Assembly: GCF_001194135.2 (NCBI RefSeq)
Contig: NC_068991.1
Location: 22,542,158 to 22,606,157, forward strand
Reading direction: 5' to 3'
Source: Octopus bimaculoides
Lineage: Eukaryota
DNA length: 64,000 nt
The first letter of the stretch is position 1, and each line of letters starts with the position of its first letter. Positions 38,331-48,947 of this stretch are shown here, one piece after another. Both the position numbers and the translations under genes were made by a program. The notes under the pieces are model-generated. The model was not told the DNA's origin and ran no database searches. It worked only from the letters and a program-made list of their open reading frames with translations.

Positions 38331-39591
38331 GAGAGTAAATTTACAGGACATAATGTTCATCATGTTTACATGATGATATCATTTTCCAACTGAAATGATC
38401 TCATGCAAAAAGTAGCAATTATAATTTTCATATACACAAATGTGCTTGCATGCAAGCATGCTCATGCATACACACACACACACAAAAACGGGCTTTCATG
38501 TAGTTCCTATCTACAAATTCCATGGCCAAAGACAGTGGTAGTTGATATTTGCCCAAGGTAAGACAACCTAAGAGCAGATGGTTGCAAAGCAAACTTTGTA
38601 ACAATGCAGCCGTGCCAGGGTTTATTAAAATTAATCTAGGAAGCAAAAATGGTAGTCTTAGAAATGATATTGCATCAGGCAGGAGCTGCTTTAGGGTATA
38701 TAATTTTCTTCCACAGTATCATGAATTTAGCTCTCATCATTTTTGTTAAGATCTTTCATGTCTTCAGGTTCAATGAAATAAATACCAGATGTGTACTGGT
38801 GTAAATTTGACTATCTACCTCCTCTAAATATCTCTGACCATCTGCCAATGTGAGAAATCAATCAATATTATTCAGAGAGCTGCTAGGTGCCATATGGAAT
38901 AAAAGTTAACCCACTGACAAGCTGAGTCACATTGCAGTTTCAAACTTTGATTCTTTCACTTCATTTATACTGCTACTGCATCTGGGGAAAGTCATGAAAA
39001 CCACACTTACCATTCCCACTCCATATAACTAACTACAAAACTTTTTTTGCCTTATCAAAACAGGAAAAACTCTTCATCAGAAAGCTAATCACAATTGAAT
39101 GAGTTGATTGGATGGTAGCTTGAGTCAAGTGATTGCTACTTGTACTGTGCTGTTGGCTGTGTCACTGGTCGAGATACTTTACTCTTACTAACCCATTGTT
39201 GTTACCAAACTATATAGTTAACAAGTATCATTGATTTGTATTTCATTGGATTACTGTAGTGATGATCTTACATCCTCCCACAGCCTTTTGAGCTGGCTCT
39301 AAAAAATCATTCTTGTGTACTCACCAATTTACCAAGACTGCATGGGCAATGTCTTTCGAGAAGTGGACAGCACGAAACGTGCCTCATCATCAGGCAGGTT
39401 GCTTTACCAAAAAAATTCAAAGTAATTCTTCATTGGCATGCCATTTAGACAGTCCCATGGGCTGCATGCAAGCCTGCAAGTCACAGCTTGCCTGTGACTG
39501 CTGTAGACTAACATACATAACTGTTGTATCACCTATAAGAAATAGCTGCCAAATCTCCTTCAAAGCATACCTAAAAACAATATGATTAGAT

Positions 39592-39812
39592 CAGTAGTTC
39601 TCAAACTGATAAACACCAGTCCCAGCCCTGTCTGTTGTTAGTGCCCACCTCCTCATTAATAAAAAGACAACTTAGTTTACATCCATGTCATTTTTCTCTT
39701 TTTGCTATGGTCTTGTAAAAAGTTGCAAATAATTTATTTTTATTAAAAATGGTGGTTTGTCCACTTCATTTTCAATCCACACAGCCAATCCTGCCTCTCA
39801 TGAGAAACACTG
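39592..39812. mobile_element. hAT/Charlie MITE
   Basis: cagtagttctcaaac ... tgagaaacactg, with 8-bp TSD gattagat/tattagat. Confidence 0.75.
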
Positions 39813-40442
39813 TATTAGATTATGTAGTTTAGTCACATCTAAAATGGGACAGATGGTCATGGTCAGACTATTGAATTTGGGTTAACCTTGGGGTGGGGAG
39901 GGGCAAACAATAACAACAACAATAACATGCTTGCATGACGGTATACATCATGGTATCACATTGTGCAGATATGTGTTACTTCCCAGAGCCAGTCAGTTTT
40001 TTTGTTTTATTTTATTAATTAAGGTTCAGTTAGTGGGGAAGTGCAATGTCCATGATTCTCACAGTGTAAATGATATTGTTGATGGTTGTTTTGAAGCCAA
40101 CATTTGCAAGGAAGGAATTTCAGAAGTGTGATATTATTGGATGGAAAGATTGAGTGGTTAATGCATGATCTTATAAGAGAAAGACACCGTATTGGTGCAA
40201 GAGGAGCAGACAAGTGTATCTGGTGGGTTTGGTTAGAGGTGGTATACATGTATCTAATGCTGAAAATCAAAGACCATTGTAGTAGCAGTAGGTAATGAGC
40301 TACTTCCATGCCATATAGCAGTCTTGACATAAGTTATTCACCATCAATATTATCATCATCATCGCCAGAAATGTTATTTTATTTAAAAGTGCTCCTTTCC
40401 TCCCACTTTTGTTTATTAAATAATCTCTTCTTTTTTTTGCAG

Positions 40443-40568
40443 TATCCACATTTTTTGAAACGAGATGGCAGCAAGCTACAAGTGATGCTGCAACGGAGGA
40501 AAAAATATAAAAACCGCACAATGTTAGGCTACAGAACATTAGCGGTTGGAGAAGTAAATATGTCACAG
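40443..40568 (+). CDS. PACS: PACS-family (phosphofurin acidic cluster sorting protein) internal coding exon, furin-binding region
   Basis: Polypyrimidine tract + ag acceptor (ttcttttttttgcag) and donor CAG|gtaagt. 126 nt, phase 0/0. Encodes [42 protein letters not shown], matching the PACS1/2 motif [34 protein letters not shown] as I recall it. Confidence 0.96.
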
Positions 40569-40864
40569 GTAAGTGGTCAGTTTTCCTCTCTTTCTATAAC
40601 CCATTTGGTCTGCTCTTTATTAAATGTAGAGTGAATGGGCAGTTTGTGATATGATTTACAGGTAAAAATAGTTATGTATGCAAGCAAATATTACACAGTG
40701 ATGCTAGTATTTTATGGCATAATAATATATATGAGTAGCTATTTTCATAGTATTGTTAGCAACTGTCATTTGTAAAAGGATCAAAATGATTATATTCTGA
40801 TGATCATTTTTTCATTCTATGAAGAAATACCTAAATTTGCCCCATTTATATGTCTAGTATAAAA

Positions 40865-41169
40865 CTGGCACTCCGTCAGTGATGATGACGAGGGTTCCAG
40901 TTGATCCTATCAATGGAGCTTGCAAGAGGCTGAGCACTCCACAGACACATGTACCCTTAACATATTTCTGAAGGAGATTCAGCATGACACAGAATGTGAC
41001 AAAGTTAGCCCTTTGAAATACAGGCACTACTCATTTTTGTTATCTAAGTGGACTGGAGCTACGTGAAATAAAGTGTCTTACTCAAAGACACAACACATCG
41101 CTGGGAATTGAACTAACAACCTTACAATCCTGAACTGAATCCCCTAACTACTAAGCCACGTGCCTTCAC
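40865..41169 (-). mobile_element. tRNA-derived SINE
   Basis: Reverse complement of the 18697-18989 family. Confidence 0.8.
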
Positions 41170-41370
41170 TATATCTATTATATAGGGTGCATATATCATA
41201 CCTTGACACTGTGTGGATTGATCCTCATTGACAGGCCTCTGATATTAAATAAAATGTTAAACACTTATGGTATGCAAGTTAGTAGCCCCAGTTCTCTGTA
41301 GCTACTGGATTTTCAGGGTATATAAACAGATTGGCTGCTAGTTTTTCTAGGATTGGTCAAATTGATGTAG

Positions 41371-41410
41371 ACATCTCTGATAAGAACCCAGTAAGGTTTG
41401 AAACTCAAAG
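41371..41410 (+). ncRNA. Degenerate hammerhead-like motif
   Basis: CUGAU(A)A GAACC-CAGUAA-GGUUU GAAAC. G8 is mutated to A; 5-bp stem II; stems I and III are poor. Confidence 0.35.
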
Positions 41411-42439
41411 TTGTTTTTCATGTTTTCAATCTGTGGAGCAATAGCTAAATTTGCCTTGTTTATATACCTACAATATAGGTTTCATCATCATTTAACATCT
41501 ATTTTTCATGCTGGAATGGGCTGCATGGTTTGACATGCGCTGGTTAGCCAGAGAGCAACAACAGGTCCTAATTGTCTGTTTTGGCATGGTTTCTGCAGCT
41601 GGATGCCTTTCCTAACAGCAACCGCTTTACAGTGTGTACTGGGTGCTTTTTACATGACACTAGCATATATATATAATTTTATGTCAACCTTTACTGCTGG
41701 CATGGGTTAGATGGGTCACTGTGGTCTGAGCTAGTCCTTATTCATAGATGAGCTGGAGGATTGTCTTATATGTTCCAATTTTGCATAGTTAGTGTGACTG
41801 GAACTAGCTTTTCTAATACTAACCACTCTACATAGTGTACAAGGTGCATTTTGTCATGACAGCTGCACTTCCCTTCATCTACTGTGACTGATTTTAGCAC
41901 TTTCTTACAGTATTGCTTCTTCCTGTTGTTTTGAGCAGCATGGATGCCGCCTGATCCATACTTTAGCATGTATACAGCTACCACAACAAACTGGGTACAG
42001 CAGTAACCACTCCAACTATCAGTATTTTATTTTATAACTCACTGAGAACTTGTTTTTTGCTCTCAGTTTTAGTCTTTCTCATGCATCTTCCATGTCCATG
42101 ATAAAACATTTTCTACTTCCATCTCCAGTTCACAGATCATAATCTACCATTCTAAGTTCAATGACAGCCAGATCGAATACAGTGGATTTTAATACAAACC
42201 ATCTCTACTGGAAGTACTGTACATTACCATCCTAATGCCTGAAAAAAGCCTTTCATATTTTAGGTTTTTCTATCAATTCAAACAATACCATGAAGTTAGG
42301 GCATTGCTTAATTACTGCAATATAGGTTGGGAATTTATGCACATTCTTCATCCCACTTCAATCTGACTGTCTCCATTGTCCACAACATGCTTCATAATTA
42401 TTGCTCTGCTATTCTTCCTAAGCTTAATGCCAACCGGAT

Positions 42440-43520
42440 TGGACATAGTGGATCTTGTTATAAACCAACTCCATTGGGAACACCGTACATTACTTTGGGG
42501 TTGATAAAATAAGTACTAATCAAGTACTGGAGTTGATATAATCAACTTGTCCGCTCCCCCAAAATTTAAAGCCTTGTGCCTAGAGTAGAAAAGATTATGA
42601 TAATGTAGCCAACTGGCACATTATTATTAATGTGACAAAATGCTTAGCATTTCTACTGGTTCTTTACACTCTGTGTTCAAATTCTGTTGAGTTCAACGTT
42701 GACCTTCATCCTTTCGAGGTTGATAAAAGAAGTACTCACTATCCTAATATTGCTGGTGTTGTGCCAAAATTTAAAACCATTATTACTGTTATTAAGGTGG
42801 TAAGCTGGCAGAATCATTAGCATGCCAGGCAAAATGCTTAGCAGTATTTTGCCTGTCGCTACGTTCTAAGTTCAAATACAAATTCCACTGAGGTTGACTT
42901 TGTCTTTCATCCTTTCAGGCTTGATGAAATAAGTACCAGTGGAATGCTGGGGGTTGATGTAATTGACTATCCTCTGCCCACCAAATTTCAGGCATTGTGC
43001 ATATAATAGAAAGGATTATTATTTTGAAAGGCTAGCAGAATCATTACCATGCTAAGCAAAGTGCTTAGCAGCATTTCATCCATCTTTTGTTTTGAGTTCA
43101 AATTCTGCTGAGGCCGACTTTACTTTTCATTGTTTTGAGGTCAATAAAATAAGTACCAGTTGTGTACTGGGGTTGATGTAATTGACTATCCCTTTCCCCA
43201 AATTTCAGGCCTTGTGCTTATAGTAGAAAGGATTAGGAGTGAGGTAGATCCCGCCACCCTTGTTAACGGGGACAAACCCAGATTCAAAATATTGGACAAG
43301 GAAGGAAGTGAACTAGCAGAATCATTAGAATATCAGAAAAATGCCTTGTGGCATTTGCTCTGCTTCTTTACATCCTGAGTTCAAATCCTGCTGAGGTTAA
43401 TACTGTCTTTCATCCTTTTGGTGGTTGATAAAATACAGTTCCAGTTAACATTGGTATTAATGTAATTGACTAACTCCCTCTATCTGAAATTGCAAGGCCT
43501 CATGTCAAAATTTGATACCA
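42440..43520 (+). mobile_element. Head-to-tail stack of about five tRNA-derived SINE copies (ggcagaatc(g/a)ttagca...ctgagttcaaat...aagtaccag family)
   Basis: Repeated gagttcaaat B-box, ttcatcctt, aagtaccag and ggggttgatgtaattgact modules separated by attatt linkers. Confidence 0.85.
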
Positions 43521-44102
43521 TTATTTATTTAAAACTAGAATAGTTATATTTACTAGTTTGTATTGGATAATGTATTATCAACAGCTGTGACTTGTAAAAA
43601 GGGTTAACACAGCTCAGTAAGCTACATAATAATACATATGGAGTTGTGGCTATTAGATAGGATTGCAAGTATCTTACAACCTGAAAAAGTATAAAGATTT
43701 AATGGTTATATGTAGCAATTAATACATACTGCTACCTGCAGATGTGAGCTGTGAAAGTATTAGCATATTAATGTTTTGTAATTAGAATATAGAAGTAGAC
43801 ATTAGTTATATGTAGTAGTAGTAGTAGTAGTAGTAGTCATTACACGGTAGTTCCACAAGCTGTGATCTATGAAAATGGTTAACATGTTGTCAACAGCAGG
43901 ATTTACACAGCAGTGGACTACAAAAGAGTTAATGCAATGATAAGCTTTTCCAGAATAGTTGTAAATAATAGCAATCATTACACTGTACAGCCAATATCAA
44001 TGATACACTTTGTCAGTTTAGAAAACTAGTTCTATGAATTTCTTAAATGTCATTTCAACAAATGTCAACTGGCTGTTACCAATATCATCTTTCTACTTGT
44101 AG

Positions 44103-44259
44103 GTGCTGCAGCGAGCTGTTGATAAAGAATTAAACCTTTACAGTGATCTAAAAGAACAGTCGACGGTGGTAGCCCAAGTGATAATGCTGTCATTAACTAG
44201 TCAACCTGTTGACCATGAAGATAATGGTACACGGAAGCATCCTGTTTCATCTGATGTTG
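44103..44259 (+). CDS. PACS: PACS-family coding exon (end of furin-binding region)
   Basis: Acceptor tctttctacttgtag|GTG, phase 0. Encodes VLQRAVDKELNLYSDLKEQSTVVAQVIMLSLTSQPVDHEDNGTRKHPVSSDV+G, matching PACS V(M/L)Q...SLSSQPIDHE. The 3' end is placed at the phase-1 donor TTG|gcaagt (GC donor); a weaker GT donor after 44226 is possible. Confidence 0.9.
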
Positions 44260-47200
44260 GCAAGTTCCTCTTTACATTTACATTATTTTGTGTGTGTGTT
44301 TTATTTACTCTGTTCCATCCCAAAGGCTGTAGACATATTGGAGCACCAGCATTTAAAATGACAGTAAATGTCATTGATGAGATTAGAACCTATGTAGTGC
44401 TACAACAATGGACTTCCAGTCCCTGGACTTACCCACTCAACTATAACAATCTGCAAATTTGTAGCAGGCATTTCCACAATAATTGAAACCAGTACCACCA
44501 TGAAAGCAGGAGCAGATGTTAATGACTGTTCTATGGAAATATGGCTTTTTTTCTTTGGTGGTGGAGGTGGTGGTGGGGAGGGGGTCCACATTACCAGCTG
44601 CCCCTGGTTACTTTTGACAGTCCTGTTTGTTGCAAGCATATGGGCTAGGTCTCCAGTTTGAGGATAACTTTCTCCTTGCTGTCTCAGTGGCCTTCCAAAA
44701 GAAGAAAAACCATAGAATTATGAACATTGCCTTTCTTCTTCTCACTAAGCCTTCAAATAAATATATTTTAAGATAAGAGCATGAGAGGAATGACTTTATG
44801 AAAATGGGAATATTTGTACATTGTTGAAGCAAGGTACTCTTCCTAATTCTAAGCTTTGGAATGTATAGAAAGTTCAGTTGAAGTAAGCAGAATTATATCA
44901 TTTGATAAATGGTATAATATATTGGCTATGGTAAGATTTGAACTGATAATCATGTAGTCAGCAATTCAGCACCTTAACTCTTCTCCTCTAGTCACTATAC
45001 TTCATAAGTGAAAAGGTTAAAAGGAAGAGGAACCACTACTTTGATGTATATAAAAAAAAATTATCCTTTTAACTTTGTTACCGGTTTTAGTAATTTGACT
45101 GTGACCATGCTAGAATGTCTCTTTTAGGGTATAGTTGATTCCATCAATCTCCAGTACTTATTTTTGTTAGCAGTCAATTGGCAGAGTTGTTAGAACATTG
45201 GATAGATCATTGTTGTTTGAGTTCAAATCCTGCTGAGGTCAACTTTGCCTTTCATCCTTGTGTGTGTGGTGGAGAGAGAGAAATAATCAGTCAAGTACTG
45301 CCCACCCCACCCCCCATCTTCGACCTCTCTCAATGTGTAAATGTGAGAAAAATCAACTGTGTTCAGACCCTGGACAGGGATGGAATGCTTAATATGCACT
45401 GTATGTCATGGACATCACCTCAAAAATTCTGTCAGGAGTGGAGGACTTCAACCCTCATTATTGATTTGTACTTAGTTTATCATCCTCTGGAGGGTTAAAA
45501 TCTAAAGTGATCCTGGATTGGATTTAAACTCAGAATGTAAAAGAACATGTAACCAAGCATAGTATTTTGTCTGTCTCTCTACCAATTCTGCTATATTTGG
45601 GATAATAAAAGCAATACAATATTTATATCTTATAAATGTTATATTTTAAGTAGTATTTTTGATATTTATTACATGAAACAAAATATGTGAAATAGAGGGA
45701 AAAGAATAAATCCCAAAAGGTTATTTTTTAAGGTACCAAGTGACCTTTTATAAAAGTCACACTTTAATTGTTCCCTCTCAGAAAACCAGAAGTTATGGTC
45801 TGTATAAATGATAGGACAACTGTATTTGGTCTGGCTATGTGATGCAGTTAAGTAATGCAAGCTGGGTTGAAAATATGTGTTAGAAGCAGATATGAGATGT
45901 TAACAATCAGCAAAATTACAATTGGGTTGAGAAAGTGTTTGGGTATATGTGATGCAAATGAATGAGCACTGCTAATCAAAGAGCTATGCAGGATGTTGAG
46001 CCTTACAGAGAGGACTTGGTGTTATCATGTACTGTAGATGACTTTCTTGTTATGAATATAAACTCATATTCATAGCAATAGGAACTGTATCCCAAAGACA
46101 AACCTCTTCTTCAGGATCAAACAATTCTTTCAGCATTGATGTGCTGCTGGTTTTACAAAGCTTAGGTAAGATTCATAATGGAGTACTACTCTCACACCTG
46201 GAATGGTACTATTACTACACATAGACAAATGTCCTTGATTGCAATCAAAAGAAGGTTAAGTGCCAGATCAGCTAAGAATCAGCCACCAATGCAATACAAC
46301 CTCTAATCCATGGATGCACTTTGGGTCTTCTTCTCAAGCATGGCATCTTGCCGAAAGTCTCGGTCATTTGTCATTACCTCAGTGAGGCCCAACACTTGAA
46401 TGGTGCCTTTTGTCATTGCCAGTATAGTAATACAGCAGGAACTGATTAATACTTTGATTGCACCATTCACATTAGCTATCACAACTAATGAAGGATCCTC
46501 TGTAAGACTGATTGATCTATACTAGAAATAGCAACCAAATTTCCTTGAAATCACAACCATTTTCAAAGAAAAAAAGAGGACATGCTGGATAGCATTGTCC
46601 TAGCTACATCATGTCTGAACTAAACTAAAAAAATAAAACGGGTTAATCATGGCTGGAATACTTTTGAATCTACTCTGTCAGTGCTGATCTTGGGCTAAAC
46701 AACAACTACTCTATTGTTAAGTGGGGCAGGGAAAATGTAGTGTCATGACATTGGTGTAATCACAGTTCCAGTGACAGTAGCTCTCAACATACTCTATAAT
46801 TATTTTCACACACATACCATTATTGTCACTACACCATGGTGACAATTGCATTATTATAGTGTCTGCTTGCCTGTTGTGTCAGCAATTCAGAGGAGCAAGA
46901 GGCAACCCTTAAGCTTTAAATGTGTAGTCCTGCTCCTTTCCAGCAGAATCTCACCAACAAACAACAATCAAATGCATCCATATACACCAAGTACATTATA
47001 TTGGGTTACAGAGTATCAAAGAGTTATCTGAAATGTGAGATTGGTTCTGTTCTTGGCTAATGGTTTGATAAATCCCATGTCTAGCATGATGAAATGGTAA
47101 ATAGATAATTGTAAGGTGAGAAGTGAGTAAACAACTGTCTTTAGTGGTAGATAGTGTCCAGAGTATTGTGTTGGAAGGGAGAGAAGGGAGTGAAAACATG

Positions 47201-47280
47201 GTTAAAAGTAATGCTATGAAAAGTTCAAACTAATCCAAGAAATAACTTTGAGGAGGCCAAGTGGGAAATTTGTAGTATTG

Positions 47281-47396
47281 CAGACTTGTCCAAGGTATGC
47301 TATCTTAGAGGTGTGTGTGTGTTCAGACTTGTCCAAGGTATGCTATCTTAGAGGTGTGTGTGTGTTCAGACTTATATGAGATATGCTATCTTAGAG

Positions 47397-47400
<4 letters not shown>
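47281..47400. repeat. 43-bp tandem repeat (2 perfect copies + 1 degenerate)
   Basis: cagacttgtccaaggtatgctatcttagaggtgtgtgtgtgtt x2, then a diverged third copy. Confidence 0.9.
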
Positions 47401-47430
<30 letters not shown>

Positions 47431-47496
47431 AGCAGAGGGGTTTGTTTGAGTATTCAGTTGCTTATGAGCATGAAGTATTTGATTTGTGTGCATGTA

Positions 47497-47528
<32 letters not shown>

Positions 47529-47571
47529 CATGCTTATATGTATTTATTTACTTATGTATGTATGTATGTGT

Positions 47572-47950
47572 GGCGGCGCAATGGCCCAGTGGTTAGGGCA
47601 GCAGACTCGCGGTCATAGGATCGCAGTTTCGATTCCCAGACCGGGCGTTGTGAGTGTTTATTGAGTGAAAACACCTAAAGCTCCACGAGACTCCGGCAGG
47701 GGATGGTGGCGAACCCTGCTGTACTCTTTCACCACAACTTTCTCTCACTCTTACTTCCTGTTTCTGTTGTGCCTGTAATTCAAAGGGTCAGCCTTGTCAC
47801 ACTGTGTCACGCTGAATATCCCCAGGAAGTACGTTAAGAGTACACGTGTCTGTGGAGTGCTCAGCCACTTGCACGTTAATTTCATGAGCAGGCTGTTCCA
47901 TTGATCGGATCAACTGGAACCCTCGACGTCATAAGCGACAGTGCCAACAA
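47572..47950 (+). mobile_element. Young (CpG-intact) tRNA-derived SINE
   Basis: A-box TGGCCCAGTGG (47582-47592), B-box-like GTTTCGATTCC. The 3' half is shared with 18697-18989. Confidence 0.85.
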
Positions 47951-48840
47951 CAAATATATGTGTATATGTATATTCATATAATCTCTAGGATTTTTAAAAT
48001 TTCTCAATTTCCTTTAATTGCCATGTAGATATTAACTAGGTAGTCGTGTATGTATGTATTTGCAAATGTTTATGCAATGTATGCATGTATATTACAGCAT
48101 ATGTAAGTCCGTGTTTTTGGTTTATATATGTGTACATATGTTTTTTGTGTCTGTGTGTATGTGCATCCTTTTATTATAGACTACACTTCTGGAATATTTT
48201 ACATAATTCCCCAAATAGCCATGTCCTTCGTGGTTTGCAAAGCTCAACTTTACAAGATTGGTGCTGACGCAGTTAGTTACATAACTAAGTCCCCTAATAA
48301 TCTCATAGTAGTATGTGCTGATTTCTCATTAGTTCAGCAAATATATATGGTTTTCTTTTTGCCTTTCACAATTAGGTTACTTATATGCTGGACAATTGAT
48401 TTCTACAACTGGGTTTTTATATCAACATTTTATACCTACATTTTGCAGGAACATTCCACCAGTATCCATTCATGTTATGGATGTGTGTGCGTACATGTGT
48501 GTGTGTTTAAAAATGTGTATGTGGTTATGTATAGGTGTTTGCATGTGTGTGTGTGTCTGTTCTGGTATATATTTTCAGGTGCCTGTGTGTATGGTGTGTT
48601 TTGTACATATTTCGTGTGTATGTATGGTGTAGAAGTATCTGAATGTGTGGGGGTGTTTGTGTGGCTGAAGAAAGGGTATTTTTGTAAATTTCCAGTGAAA
48701 GTTGTTAGTATGTACAGAGAAGTCTTAACTGTTGCCAGAAATTGTTTCAAAATAGATGCATTAACAAGGGTTATTAGAACTAGGTTCTTGTTGAAAAGTG
48801 ACATATGAAGAAGAGAAAATGGATGTATTACTTCATCTTT

Positions 48841-48947
48841 CTGAGTTCAATCTCCTCCAGCAGTCAACTTCTGCATCTGAGTTCAATCTCCTCCAGCAGT
48901 CAACTTCTGCATCTGAGTTCAATCTCCTCCAGCAGTCAACTTCTGCA
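48841..48947. repeat. 36-bp tandem repeat x3 derived from a SINE B-box region
   Basis: ctgagttcaatctcctccagcagtcaacttctgcat x3. Confidence 0.92.

Noticed and set aside
47572-47645. tRNA gene (also the SINE heads at 18697, 22682, 6166)
   Set aside because: A and B boxes are present, but no complete cloverleaf or acceptor stem; each continues into a SINE body.
48128-48808. 226-aa ORF
   Set aside because: It is dominated by (TG)n-derived V/C/Y/M residues, with no recognisable domain or splice context.
47281-48947. 36-43-bp repeats as a possible CRISPR array
   Set aside because: They are head-to-tail with no spacers, in eukaryotic DNA, with no cas genes.
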